Origin: Flavobacterium sp.
GTDB lineage: Bacteria; Bacteroidota; Bacteroidia; Flavobacteriales; Flavobacteriaceae
Reading direction: 5' to 3'
DNA: 64,000 bases
Assembly: GCF_035299005.1 (NCBI RefSeq)
Contig: NZ_DATGXL010000005.1
Location: forward strand, 5,756 to 69,755
Shown piece by piece: positions 26,376 through 36,080 of this stretch (within the stretch, counting starts at the first letter, position 1; each line of letters opens with the position of its first letter). Under the pieces are notes generated by a model. That model saw only the letters and a program-made list of their open reading frames with translations, was not told the DNA's origin and did not search any database. A program made the translations under genes and the position numbers.

Positions 26376-28790
26376 ATGAAAATATTAAAATTTGGAGGAA
26401 AATCATTAGCAAACGGAGAAGGATTGCAAAAAGTAATTCAAACGATTGCTCAAAAATATTTCAATAGCGAACCCATTGCAGTCGTAGTTTCGGCAAGAGG
26501 AAATGCTACAGACGAATTGGTAATTTTACTAAAAAAAGCGCAAGCCAACATCAGTTTTCAAGCAGATTTTGAGCAATTCAAAAAATACCAATTGGAAGGC
26601 TTGAAAGAAAACATATTTGAAGAAGAATTCTCAGTTTTACAAAAGTTATTAGAGGGTGTTTCGCTTTTAGGAGATTACAGCGAAAAAATCAAAGATCAAG
26701 TCATTGCGTATGGCGAAATTCTATCCGCAAAATATGTAGCTTATGTGTTGAATGAGAACAGCATTAAAGCACAATTTTCAGATGCGCGACAATTGATAAA
26801 AACGGATATAAATTTTGGAAATGCACAACCAATTGACGCTGTTTCAAAGCGAAATGTCTTGGATTATTTCGAAAAAAACACAGATAAAGTCAACATTGTA
26901 ACTGGTTTTATAGGTTCAACGTTACACAACGAAACCACTACTTTAGGAAGAAATGGTAGTAATTACACCGCTTCATTATTAGCGAATTACTTAAACGCTG
27001 AAGAATTTCAAAATTTCACACACGTTGACGGAATTTTCACCGCCAACCCAGATTTAGTTGCTGATGCAAAAAAAATCGAGCGATTATCGTTTAACGAAGC
27101 GAATGAGTTAGCAAATTTTGGAGCACAAATTTTACATGCCAAAACCATCATTCCTTTGGTGGAAAAAAACATTCCGTTGCGCATTTTAAACACCTTCAAT
27201 CCAGAAAGTGAAGGAACTTTAATCACTTCCGAACAAACCAATGAAGGGATCAAATCGCTTTCGGTTTTAACCAATGTGTCGTTGATTAATTTAGAAGGAA
27301 GAGGTTTATTAGGAAAAACTGGTGTAGATGCGCGAATTTTTCGAGTAATGGCTGAAAACGATATTAGTGTTAGCATCATTTCACAAGGTTCTTCGGAAAG
27401 AGGAATTGGTTTGGTAGTGAGTTCTGATAAGGCTTCCAAAGCATTAGTTGGTTTGGAAAAAGAATTTGAAACCGATTTTTATACGAAAGATGTCAATAAG
27501 ATTTCGGTAAACGATAATATTGCTGTGATTTCGATTATTGGGCAAGATTTAACCAATTTTCATAAACCATACACGGCTTTAATCCGAAATAAAATCACAC
27601 CAATTTTGTTGAATAATACAGTTACGGGAAGAAATATCAGTTTGGTGATCAGTCAAGATGAATTCAAACGCGCTTTAAATGTGATTCACGGCGAAATTTT
27701 TGGAGTAGCGAAAAAAATCAACATCGCTATTTTCGGTCACGGTACGGTTGGTGGAACTTTGATTTCCCAAATTTTAGAATCCGCAAAAAACATTGAAAAG
27801 CGAAAAGGAATCAAGCTGAATGTATTTGCGATTGCGAATTCAAAGAAAGTATTGTTGAATAAATTCGGAATTAGCGAAAATTGGAAAGCAACTTTAGAAG
27901 ATAAAGGGCAAGATTATAAAGTGGAAGATATTATTGGGTACGCGAAAGAACATCATTTGGAAAATTTAATCGCGATTGACAACACCGCCAGTTCGACTTT
28001 TATTGAAAATTATATTTCGCTTGCTGAAAATAGTTTCGATTTGATTTCGTCAAATAAAGTCGCCAATACAGTAAGTTATGATTTCTATAAAAAGCTGCGA
28101 AAAGTCTTAAAAGATAACCAAAAAGAATATCTATACGAAACCAATGTTGGTGCAGGTTTGCCTCTAATTGATACGATAAAATTACTGCATTTGTCAGGTG
28201 AAAACATCACCAAAATTAAAGGTGTTTTCTCTGGGACATTAAGTTATTTGTTCAATAATTTTTCAGTTGAAAACAAAAAATTCAGCGAAGTATTGCAAGA
28301 AGCCATCGATAAAGGTTTCACCGAACCCGACCCAAGAGAAGATTTAAACGGAAACGACGTTGGACGAAAATTATTAATCCTAGCTCGCGAATTAGATTTA
28401 CAAAACGAATTTGAAGAAATCCAAATTCAAAATTTAATTCCAGAGGCTTTACGTGAAGGAAGCGCAACGGATTTCTTAAAACGCTTATCAGAATTAGACG
28501 GAATTTATCAAAACATCAAAGACGCTCAAGGTCCAAATGAAGTGTTGCGTTACATTGGAGAATTATCAGGCGATTTGCAACAAGACAAAGGAAAATTGGA
28601 AGTAAAATTAATCTCAGTTTCAGCCAATTCTGCTTTAGGTTCGTTAAAAGGTTCGGATTCTATTTTCGAAATTTATACTGAATCTTATGGAGAACAACCA
28701 ATCGTAATTCAAGGCGCAGGAGCTGGAGCATCCGTAACTGCAAGAGGCGTTTTTGGCGATATTTTACGTTTATCTGAAAAAAAATTATAA
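26376..28790 (+). CDS. thrA: Bifunctional aspartate kinase/homoserine dehydrogenase
   Basis: KFGGKS, TTLGRNGSNYTA, ACT domains, GHGTVGG, YLYETNVGAGLP, TEPDPREDL, GAGAGASVTA. Confidence 0.92.
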   Translation: MKILKFGGKSLANGEGLQKVIQTIAQKYFNSEPIAVVVSARGNATDELVILLKKAQANISFQADFEQFKKYQLEGLKENIFEEEFSVLQKLLEGVSLLGDYSEKIKDQVIAYGEILSAKYVAYVLNENSIKAQFSDARQLIKTDINFGNAQPIDAVSKRNVLDYFEKNTDKVNIVTGFIGSTLHNETTTLGRNGSNYTASLLANYLNAEEFQNFTHVDGIFTANPDLVADAKKIERLSFNEANELANFGAQILHAKTIIPLVEKNIPLRILNTFNPESEGTLITSEQTNEGIKSLSVLTNVSLINLEGRGLLGKTGVDARIFRVMAENDISVSIISQGSSERGIGLVVSSDKASKALVGLEKEFETDFYTKDVNKISVNDNIAVISIIGQDLTNFHKPYTALIRNKITPILLNNTVTGRNISLVISQDEFKRALNVIHGEIFGVAKKINIAIFGHGTVGGTLISQILESAKNIEKRKGIKLNVFAIANSKKVLLNKFGISENWKATLEDKGQDYKVEDIIGYAKEHHLENLIAIDNTASSTFIENYISLAENSFDLISSNKVANTVSYDFYKKLRKVLKDNQKEYLYETNVGAGLPLIDTIKLLHLSGENITKIKGVFSGTLSYLFNNFSVENKKFSEVLQEAIDKGFTEPDPREDLNGNDVGRKLLILARELDLQNEFEEIQIQNLIPEALREGSATDFLKRLSELDGIYQNIKDAQGPNEVLRYIGELSGDLQQDKGKLEVKLISVSANSALGSLKGSDSIFEIYTESYGEQPIVIQGAGAGASVTARGVFGDILRLSEKKL

Positions 28791-28803
28791 CCACCCAAAC
28801 TCC

Positions 28804-28837
28804 AAAACCTGCAAAATGTAAAAGTCTTGTGGGTTTT
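28804..28837. repeat. Imperfect REP-like palindrome
   Basis: aaaacctgcaa...ttgtgggtttt arms pairing with G-U wobbles. Confidence 0.4.
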
Positions 28838-28882
28838 ACACTTTAACAGTTCAACGACTAAACAATTCAACAAACAAAAACC

Positions 28883-30055
28883 ATGAGTAACCAAAATTTA
28901 GGATTAGAAACCCAAGCCATCAGAACGCAATTAGAACGTACGCAATATTTAGAACATTCCGTTCCGTTATATCTAACTTCCAGTTTTATTTTTGAAGATG
29001 CGGAAGACATGCGTGCTTCTTTTGCAGAAGAAAAAGAACGCAATATTTATAGCCGATTTTCCAATCCCAATACATCTGAATTTGTTGAGAAAATTTGTTT
29101 GATGGAAGGAGCAGAAGACGGCTACGCTTTCGCAACCGGAATGGCAGCGGTGTATTCTACTTTTGCTGCTTTATTGAATTCGGGCGATCATATTGTTTCG
29201 GCGAGTAGTGTTTTTGGTTCGACACATACTTTGTTCACCAAATATTTTCCGAAATGGAACATCACCACTTCGTATTTCGATGTCAACAAACCAGAAACAA
29301 TTGAAAATTTCATTCAACCAAATACAAAAATACTTTACGCGGAATCACCAACCAATCCAGCAGTTGATATTCTAGATTTAGAATTGTTGGGTAAAATTGC
29401 CAAAAAACACAATCTGATTTTAATCATCGATAACTGTTTTGCGACTCCTTACATTCAAAATCCAATTCAATTTGGAGCCGATTTAGTGATTCATTCTGCA
29501 ACCAAATTAATCGATGGTCAAGGTCGTGTTTTAGGTGGAGTAACCGTTGGGCGTTCTGATTTAATTCGTGAAATTTATTTGTTTTCTCGCAATACCGGAC
29601 CTGCTTTGTCGCCTTTTAATGCTTGGGTGTTGTCAAAAAGTTTAGAAACGTTGCCAGTTCGTATCGAAAAACATTCCGAAAACGCTTTAAAAGTTGCCGA
29701 ATTTTTAGAAAACCATCCGAATGTTGCTTCCGTAAAATATCCATTTCTAAAATCGCATCCACAGTATGAAGTCGCTAAAAAGCAAATGAAATTAGGCGGA
29801 AATATTGTAGCGTTTGAAATTAAAGGAGGAATTGAATCAGGAAGAAAGTTTTTAGATAAAATCAAATTATGTTCCTTATCTGCGAATTTAGGTGACACAC
29901 GTTCGATTGTTACACACCCAGCTTCCACAACTCATAGTAAATTGACTGAAGAAGAACGTTTAGCAGTAAGCATTACAGATGGTTTAGTTCGCGTTTCGGT
30001 TGGTTTAGAAACGGTTCAAGATGTAATCAATGACTTAAAGCAAGCGTTAGAATAA
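28883..30055 (+). CDS. Trans-sulfuration PLP enzyme (MetZ/MetB-type sulfhydrylase or cystathionine gamma-synthase)
   Basis: IYSRFSNP, FATGMAA, HSATKLIDGQGR, ANLGDTRSIVTHPASTTH. Confidence 0.88.
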   Translation: MSNQNLGLETQAIRTQLERTQYLEHSVPLYLTSSFIFEDAEDMRASFAEEKERNIYSRFSNPNTSEFVEKICLMEGAEDGYAFATGMAAVYSTFAALLNSGDHIVSASSVFGSTHTLFTKYFPKWNITTSYFDVNKPETIENFIQPNTKILYAESPTNPAVDILDLELLGKIAKKHNLILIIDNCFATPYIQNPIQFGADLVIHSATKLIDGQGRVLGGVTVGRSDLIREIYLFSRNTGPALSPFNAWVLSKSLETLPVRIEKHSENALKVAEFLENHPNVASVKYPFLKSHPQYEVAKKQMKLGGNIVAFEIKGGIESGRKFLDKIKLCSLSANLGDTRSIVTHPASTTHSKLTEEERLAVSITDGLVRVSVGLETVQDVINDLKQALE

Positions 30056-30070
30056 AAGTTTTTAAATTAT

Positions 30071-30124
30071 TTTATAGATTTATATTCTTAATTAATATTA
30101 AAAAACGGAATATAAATCTATAAA
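30071..30124. repeat. Perfect 17-bp inverted repeat with 20-bp spacer upstream of the SAM-I promoter
   Basis: tttatagatttatattc (30071-30087) and gaatataaatctataaa (30108-30124). Confidence 0.85.
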
Positions 30125-30178
30125 TAATATTTATTTAATGAAATTTCAGAAAATATTTCATTATTTCAATTTTGTCAC

Positions 30179-30186
30179 TACATTTG
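30179..30186 (+). promoter_or_regulatory. -7 promoter element for the metH-metF operon
   Basis: TACATTTG 23 nt upstream of the SAM-I P1 helix. Confidence 0.7.
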
Positions 30187-30209
30187 CAGAGTTCATAAAC
30201 ATACTGTTT

Positions 30210-30311
30210 GTTATCACGAAAGCTGGAGGGAATAGACCCTGCGAAAGCTTAGCAACCCTACACTTGTAGAAGGTGCTACATTCTATTTCGATTTTATCGG
30301 AAGCAGATAAC
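30210..30311 (+). promoter_or_regulatory. SAM-I riboswitch
   Basis: P1 gttatc/gataac; GGAGGGA..gaccc..GAAAG P2; AGCAACC...AAGGTGCT P3; P4 ttcgat/atcgga. Confidence 0.92.
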
Positions 30312-30409
30312 CTAAGGAAATTTTTTTCCAATTTCTTGATAACATATTAATAATATAAACTTTGTGAAACTCTGTGAAAACTTAGCGTAACTCTGTGTAA
30401 CAAAAAAAT

Positions 30410-31402
30410 ATGTCAAAAATTCAAGAAGAAATCAAAAAACGAATTCTCGTGCTTGACGGAGCTATGGGAACGATGTTACAACGTTATAAATTTGAAGAAG
30501 AAGATTTCAGAGGCGAGCGCTTCAAAGATTTTCCGCATCCATTAAAAGGAAACAACGATTTGCTTTCCATTACCCAACCAGAAGCTGTAAAATCAGTTCA
30601 TCGTGCTTATTTTGAAGCAGGTGCTGATATTGTAGAAACGAATACTTTTTCGGGAACTACTATTGGAATGGCGGATTATTATTTGGAAGATTTAGTCTAC
30701 GAACTGAATTTTCAATCCGCAAAAATCGCTCGTGAAGTAGCAGACGAATTTACTGATAAGCTAAGATTTGTAGCTGGTTCTATAGGTCCAACCAACAGAA
30801 CAGCATCAATGTCACCAGATGTAAACGACCCAGGATTTCGTGCGGTGAATTTTGATGATTTAAAAATCGCTTACAAACAGCAAGTAGAAGCTTTAATAGA
30901 TGGTGGTTGCGATTTACTTTTGGTAGAAACTATTTTCGATACGTTAAATGCAAAAGCCGCTTTGTTTGCAATTGAAGAAGTGAAAGATGAGCGAACCATT
31001 GATATTCCTATAATGGTTTCCGGAACTATTACGGATGCTTCGGGAAGAACATTATCGGGACAAACGGTTGAAGCTTTTTTAATTTCGATTTCACATATTC
31101 CATTGTTGAGTGTTGGGTTTAATTGCGCTTTAGGAGCTGATCAATTGAAACCATATTTGAAACGTTTAGGAAATAATACCTCATTAAATATTTCGGCACA
31201 TCCCAATGCAGGTTTGCCAAATGCTTTCGGGCAATACGACCAAACGCCTGAGGAAATGCAACAATTAATTCGTGAATATTTACAGGAAAATTTAGTAAAT
31301 ATTATCGGCGGATGTTGCGGAACAACCCCAGATCACATCAAATTAATAGCTGAGGTAGCAAAAGAATTCAAACCTAGAACGCAACAATTGAAATCCGTTT
31401 AA
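30410..31402 (+). CDS. Methionine synthase homocysteine-binding module (split MetH, N-terminal part)
   Basis: [26 protein letters not shown] zinc ligands. Confidence 0.93.
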   Translation: MSKIQEEIKKRILVLDGAMGTMLQRYKFEEEDFRGERFKDFPHPLKGNNDLLSITQPEAVKSVHRAYFEAGADIVETNTFSGTTIGMADYYLEDLVYELNFQSAKIAREVADEFTDKLRFVAGSIGPTNRTASMSPDVNDPGFRAVNFDDLKIAYKQQVEALIDGGCDLLLVETIFDTLNAKAALFAIEEVKDERTIDIPIMVSGTITDASGRTLSGQTVEAFLISISHIPLLSVGFNCALGADQLKPYLKRLGNNTSLNISAHPNAGLPNAFGQYDQTPEEMQQLIREYLQENLVNIIGGCCGTTPDHIKLIAEVAKEFKPRTQQLKSV

Positions 31403-31432
31403 TCGGTAAAATCCGTGGCATAAAATATTACA

Positions 31433-31573
31433 ATGAAAAACAGAACAATAAAAATACAATTCGAATCATTTTTAAATTCACAACGATGTTGGGTTTGCCA
31501 ATATGTTAGTGATAGTAAAACCTTTTGGAAGGATGTTGCAAAACACTATAAAAGAATAAGTAATGAGTTATAA
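31433..31573 (+). CDS. Small CxxC peptide between the MetH halves (46 aa; not in the ORF track)
   Basis: [46 protein letters not shown]; overlaps the metH start by 11 nt. Confidence 0.4.
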   Translation: MKNRTIKIQFESFLNSQRCWVCQYVSDSKTFWKDVAKHYKRISNEL

Positions 31574-34235
31574 TTCCGATAAATATTTAAAATTATCAGG
31601 TTTAGAACCTTTGATTGTAACTCCAGAAACCAATTTTGTAAACGTTGGAGAACGAACAAACGTAACTGGTTCTAGAAAATTTCTTCGATTGATTAAAGAA
31701 GAAAAGTACGATGAAGCGCTTTCGGTTGCACGCGAACAAGTAGAAGGTGGCGCGCAAATCATCGATGTCAACATGGATGAAGGAATGTTAGATGGTGTTT
31801 ATGCAATGACAAAATTCCTAAATCTAATTGCTGCCGAACCCGATATTGCTCGAGTTCCTGTTATGATTGATTCTTCAAAATGGGAAATTATTGAAGCGGG
31901 TTTGAAAGTCATTCAAGGAAAAGGCGTGGTGAATTCGATTTCTCTAAAAGAAGGAGAAGCTACTTTTATTCATCATGCTAAATTAATCAAACGATACGGA
32001 GCAGCTGTAATTGTTATGGCTTTTGATGAAAAGGGTCAGGCTGACACATACGAAAGACGTATTGAAATTTGTAAAAGAAGTTACGATATTCTGGTGAACC
32101 AAGTAGGTTTTCCAGCAGAAGACATCATTTTTGATCCCAATATTTTTCCAGTTGCAACTGGAATGGAAGAACACAAACTAAATGCTTTAGATTTCTTCCG
32201 AGCAACCAAATGGATTCGCGAAAATCTTCCGTATGCAAATATTTCTGGAGGTGTGAGTAATGTGTCCTTTTCTTTCCGTGGAAATGATAAAGTACGTGAG
32301 GCGATGCATTCTGCCTTTTTGTATCATGCCATTCAAAACGGAATGACAATGGGAATTGTAAATCCAGAAATGTTAGAGATTTATGATGAAATCGATAAAA
32401 ATCTTTTAGAACATGTTGAAGATGTTTTATTAAACAGAAGAGAAGATGCTACAGAACGTTTGCTAGATTTAGCCGAAAGTTTCAAAGGTGATGTAAAATC
32501 AAATGAAAAAGCTATTGCCGAATGGAGAAATGGTTCGGTTCAAGAACGATTAACGCATTCATTAGTGAAAGGAATTGACGAATTTATCGAAATTGATGTG
32601 GAGGAAGCACGCCAGTTGGTTGAAAAACCTATAGAAGTTATCGAAAATCATCTTATGAACGGAATGAATGTGGTTGGTGATTTATTCGGAAGAGGAAAAA
32701 TGTTCTTGCCACAAGTAGTAAAATCAGCTCGTGTAATGAAAAAAGCGGTGGCTTATTTACTTCCTTATATTGAAGCTTCAAAAGATGGAAAATCTTCTTC
32801 GGCTGGAAAAGTATTGATGGCAACTGTAAAAGGCGATGTACATGATATTGGTAAAAATATTGTTTCAGTAGTTTTAGCCTGTAATAATTTCGAAATTATT
32901 GATTTAGGTGTGATGGTTCCGCCAGAAAAAATTATTGAAGTTGCGGTTAAAGAAAATGTAGATATTATTGGTTTGAGCGGTTTGATTACACCTTCGTTGG
33001 ACGAAATGGTGTATTTGGCCAAAGAAATGGATAAGTTGAACATCAAAATTCCAGTTATGATTGGCGGTGCGACAACTTCCCGTGCGCATACGGCTGTGAA
33101 AATTGCGCCAGAATATAAAGAAACTGTGGTTCATGTGAATGATGCTTCTCGTGCGGTAACGGTTGCAACCAATTTATTGCAACCAGAGACTAAAATTACT
33201 TATGCTAAATCACTTCGTGAAGAATATGATACGCTTAGAGAAGGGTATTTGAATAGAAGTCGTGAGAAAAATTTCTTATCGATTGAAGAAGCGCGTAAAA
33301 ATAAATTCAAAATCGATTGGAATACGTTCGAACCGGTAAAACCAAATTTCATAGGAACCAAAACCATTGAAGTTGAACTATCGGAATTAGTAAATTTCAT
33401 CGATTGGACCCCATTTTTTCAGTCTTGGGAATTGTATGGAAAATTTCCAGCGATTTTAGCTGATGAAATTGTAGGTGAACAAGCGACGAATTTGTTTGAA
33501 GATGCACAAAAAATGCTTGCTCAAATTGTTTCGGAAAAATGGTTTTCTGCCAAAGGAATTTTAGGAATTTTTCCAGCCAATACAATAAATGATGATGATG
33601 TTGAGGTTGTCACTTCAAACGAAGTTGAGAAATTTTTGACGCTTCGTCAACAATCACAAAAAACTGCTGGAGCTCCAAATATTGCTTTAGCCGATTTTAT
33701 AACCCCAAAAGAAATTGGGAAACGAGATTATATAGGATGTTTCTGTGTGTCAACCGGTTTTGGAGTGGATGAGAAAGCTTCGGAATTTGAAAAACAATTA
33801 GACGATTATAATTCGATTTTGGTAAAAGCTTTGGGAGATAGATTAGCAGAAGCTTTTGCGGAATATTTGCATTTAAAAGTTCGTAAGGAAATATGGGGTT
33901 ATGCTTCTGATGAGGTATTGTCTAACGAGGAATTAATCAAAGAAGAATACAAAGGAATTCGTCCTGCTCCAGGTTATCCTGCTTGTCCTGACCATTTAGA
34001 AAAACCAACGATTTGGAAATTATTAAAGGTAGAGCAAGAAATAGGAGTAAAGTTAACTGAAAGCATGGCGATGTGGCCAGCGTCATCGGTTTCAGGTTAT
34101 TATTTTGCGAATCCAGAAAGTAAATATTTTGGTTTAGGAAAAATTAAAAAAGACCAATTAGAAGATTACGCCAAAAGAAGAAATATTAGTATTGAACAAG
34201 CCGAAAAATGGCTCTCACCCAATTTAGCAGATTAA
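31563..34235 (+). CDS. metH: B12-dependent methionine synthase (pterin-binding, cobalamin-binding and reactivation domains)
   Basis: [52 protein letters not shown]. Confidence 0.95.
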   Translation: MSYNSDKYLKLSGLEPLIVTPETNFVNVGERTNVTGSRKFLRLIKEEKYDEALSVAREQVEGGAQIIDVNMDEGMLDGVYAMTKFLNLIAAEPDIARVPVMIDSSKWEIIEAGLKVIQGKGVVNSISLKEGEATFIHHAKLIKRYGAAVIVMAFDEKGQADTYERRIEICKRSYDILVNQVGFPAEDIIFDPNIFPVATGMEEHKLNALDFFRATKWIRENLPYANISGGVSNVSFSFRGNDKVREAMHSAFLYHAIQNGMTMGIVNPEMLEIYDEIDKNLLEHVEDVLLNRREDATERLLDLAESFKGDVKSNEKAIAEWRNGSVQERLTHSLVKGIDEFIEIDVEEARQLVEKPIEVIENHLMNGMNVVGDLFGRGKMFLPQVVKSARVMKKAVAYLLPYIEASKDGKSSSAGKVLMATVKGDVHDIGKNIVSVVLACNNFEIIDLGVMVPPEKIIEVAVKENVDIIGLSGLITPSLDEMVYLAKEMDKLNIKIPVMIGGATTSRAHTAVKIAPEYKETVVHVNDASRAVTVATNLLQPETKITYAKSLREEYDTLREGYLNRSREKNFLSIEEARKNKFKIDWNTFEPVKPNFIGTKTIEVELSELVNFIDWTPFFQSWELYGKFPAILADEIVGEQATNLFEDAQKMLAQIVSEKWFSAKGILGIFPANTINDDDVEVVTSNEVEKFLTLRQQSQKTAGAPNIALADFITPKEIGKRDYIGCFCVSTGFGVDEKASEFEKQLDDYNSILVKALGDRLAEAFAEYLHLKVRKEIWGYASDEVLSNEELIKEEYKGIRPAPGYPACPDHLEKPTIWKLLKVEQEIGVKLTESMAMWPASSVSGYYFANPESKYFGLGKIKKDQLEDYAKRRNISIEQAEKWLSPNLAD

Positions 34236-34236
34236 G

Positions 34237-35193
34237 ATGAAAGTAACTGAACATATACAAAACGCCAACGGAAAACCTTTGTTCTCCTTCGAAATTTTAC
34301 CACCCTTAAAAGGACAAAACATTCAATCCATTTTTGATAGCATTGACCCTTTGATGGAATTCAATCCGCCATTTATTGATGTTACGTATCATCGTGAAGA
34401 ATATGAATTCAAAGAGTTAGAAAATGGTTTACTGCAGAAAAAAGTAGTTAAAAAACGACCGGGAACGGTTGGGATTTGTGCTGGAATTCAGAATAAATAT
34501 CAAGTAGATGCTATTCCGCATATTTTGTGTGGTGGTTTTACCAAAGAAGATACTGAAAATCTGTTGATTGATTTAGATTTCTTAGGAATTGATAATGTCG
34601 TAGCGCTTCGAGGTGATGCAGTTAAAAGCGAAATTTACTTCAAACCTGAAAAAGAAGGCCATGCTTATGCTTCAGAATTAGTAACACAAATCAGCAATTT
34701 GAACAAAGGGATTTATTTGGACGAAGATTTACAAAATTCCACTAAAACCGATTTTTGCATTGGAGTTGCAGGTTATCCGGAAAAACATATGGAAGCTCCA
34801 AGTTTAGATAGTGACATTCATTTCGTAAAGCAAAAAATCAAAAATGGTGCAGATTATATCATCACCCAAATGTTTTTTGATAATAAAAAATTCTTCGATT
34901 TTGTGGCAAAATGCAGAGCCGCTGGAATTACTGTTCCAATTATTCCGGGGTTAAAACCTATAGCTACTAAAAAACAGTTAAACTTAATTCCGCATCGTTT
35001 TAGCGTTGAATTGCCTGATGATTTGATTATGGAGGTAGTTAAAGCAAAAGATAATGATGCCGTAAGACAGATTGGAATAGAGTGGTGTACACAACAAAGT
35101 AAAGAATTGGTGGCAGCTGGAATTCCAGTTTTACATTACTATTCTATGGGAAAAGCCGAAAATGTAAAAGCAATAGCAAAAGAAATTTTTTAA
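34237..35193 (+). CDS. metF: 5,10-methylenetetrahydrofolate reductase
   Basis: SFEILPP, ALRGD, VAGYPEKH, ADYIITQMFF. Confidence 0.93.
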   Translation: MKVTEHIQNANGKPLFSFEILPPLKGQNIQSIFDSIDPLMEFNPPFIDVTYHREEYEFKELENGLLQKKVVKKRPGTVGICAGIQNKYQVDAIPHILCGGFTKEDTENLLIDLDFLGIDNVVALRGDAVKSEIYFKPEKEGHAYASELVTQISNLNKGIYLDEDLQNSTKTDFCIGVAGYPEKHMEAPSLDSDIHFVKQKIKNGADYIITQMFFDNKKFFDFVAKCRAAGITVPIIPGLKPIATKKQLNLIPHRFSVELPDDLIMEVVKAKDNDAVRQIGIEWCTQQSKELVAAGIPVLHYYSMGKAENVKAIAKEIF

Positions 35194-35214
35194 TTATAAT
35201 TCTTTTTAAAGTCG

Positions 35215-35250
35215 AATCTCCTATGTGTTTTGCGCTTAGGAGATTTTTTT
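35215..35250 (+). terminator. Terminator after metF
   Basis: aatctccta-N13-taggagatt followed by T5. Confidence 0.8.
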
Positions 35251-35635
35251 ATGTCAAAATTGAATTTTGTTGTAAATAGAGTGATGTATCGCAAATTGTA
35301 ACTATCATACTTTCAGATTAATAAATTGTTATTAAATCGTGCTACAATAATTTAAGAAGTGAAACTTTGTAAATTTGTCGACGAAAAACACATAAATTCG
35401 ATTAAACACATAAATTTTAATAAAAAACGTATTTTTTCGAATTTTTCTGTATTTCATCGATTTTTAAATTTTTAAATTAATTTTTTTAAATAAAAAGCAT
35501 TAAAAAATGAATATTATTTACAAATTGTGTTAAAATTTTTTATTGTATAATGTTAAATATTGCCTTAATTAGTAAATGTATATTTTTTTATTCAAAAAAA
35601 GGTTGTAAATTTATAATGAACAAAAACCAAATAGT

Positions 35636-36025
35636 ATGAAAAAAATTATCTACACTTTCGTAATTTTATTCATTTCTCAGTTAAACTTTGCAAATGAATT
35701 AGACTCAATTCTTTCAAAAGCTAGGGAGTTTGGTAAGCAGAAGAACTATACAGAAGCTATAAAAGCTTATGAATCATACATTAAAAATGCTGGAGATGAA
35801 AACTTAAAAGAAGTTTTTGTAGAGGTTGCAAATTGTTACTTTTTAGATGGAAAAAAAGAAGTTGCTGTAAAATATATCAAAAAAGCAATTACTAAATATG
35901 GTTTTACTGAGGATGAATTTATTTACAGTACAACTTTAAATCAAGATTTATCTGAATATGCACTTTCTGTTATTTATGATGATTATTTTTCTTTAAGAAA
36001 GCAATATCTGGCAACATTGAATTAA
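35636..36025 (+). CDS. Exported TPR-like hypothetical protein
   Basis: Signal peptide; helical pattern YTEAIKAY...VANCYF..G....AVKYIKKAI. Confidence 0.65.
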   Translation: MKKIIYTFVILFISQLNFANELDSILSKAREFGKQKNYTEAIKAYESYIKNAGDENLKEVFVEVANCYFLDGKKEVAVKYIKKAITKYGFTEDEFIYSTTLNQDLSEYALSVIYDDYFSLRKQYLATLN

Positions 36026-36044
36026 TTGAACTAAATTATAGAAT

Positions 36045-36080
36045 AAATCTCCTTATGAATTTTTATAAGGAGATTTTTTT
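36045..36080. terminator. Bidirectional terminator
   Basis: aaatctccttat-N8-ataaggagattt followed by T residues. Confidence 0.8.

Noticed and set aside
30312-31562. Cobalamin riboswitch near metH
   Set aside because: No GGGAA…GCCACUG B12-box elements found.
30410-34235. metH broken into two ORFs as a pseudogene
   Set aside because: The split falls at a domain boundary, both parts keep their catalytic motifs, and split MetH is normal in Bacteroidota.
35251-35301. 16-codon ORF MSKLNFVVNRVMYRKL after the metF terminator
   Set aside because: Starts at the terminator tail, has no promoter or compositional signal, and is expected by chance.
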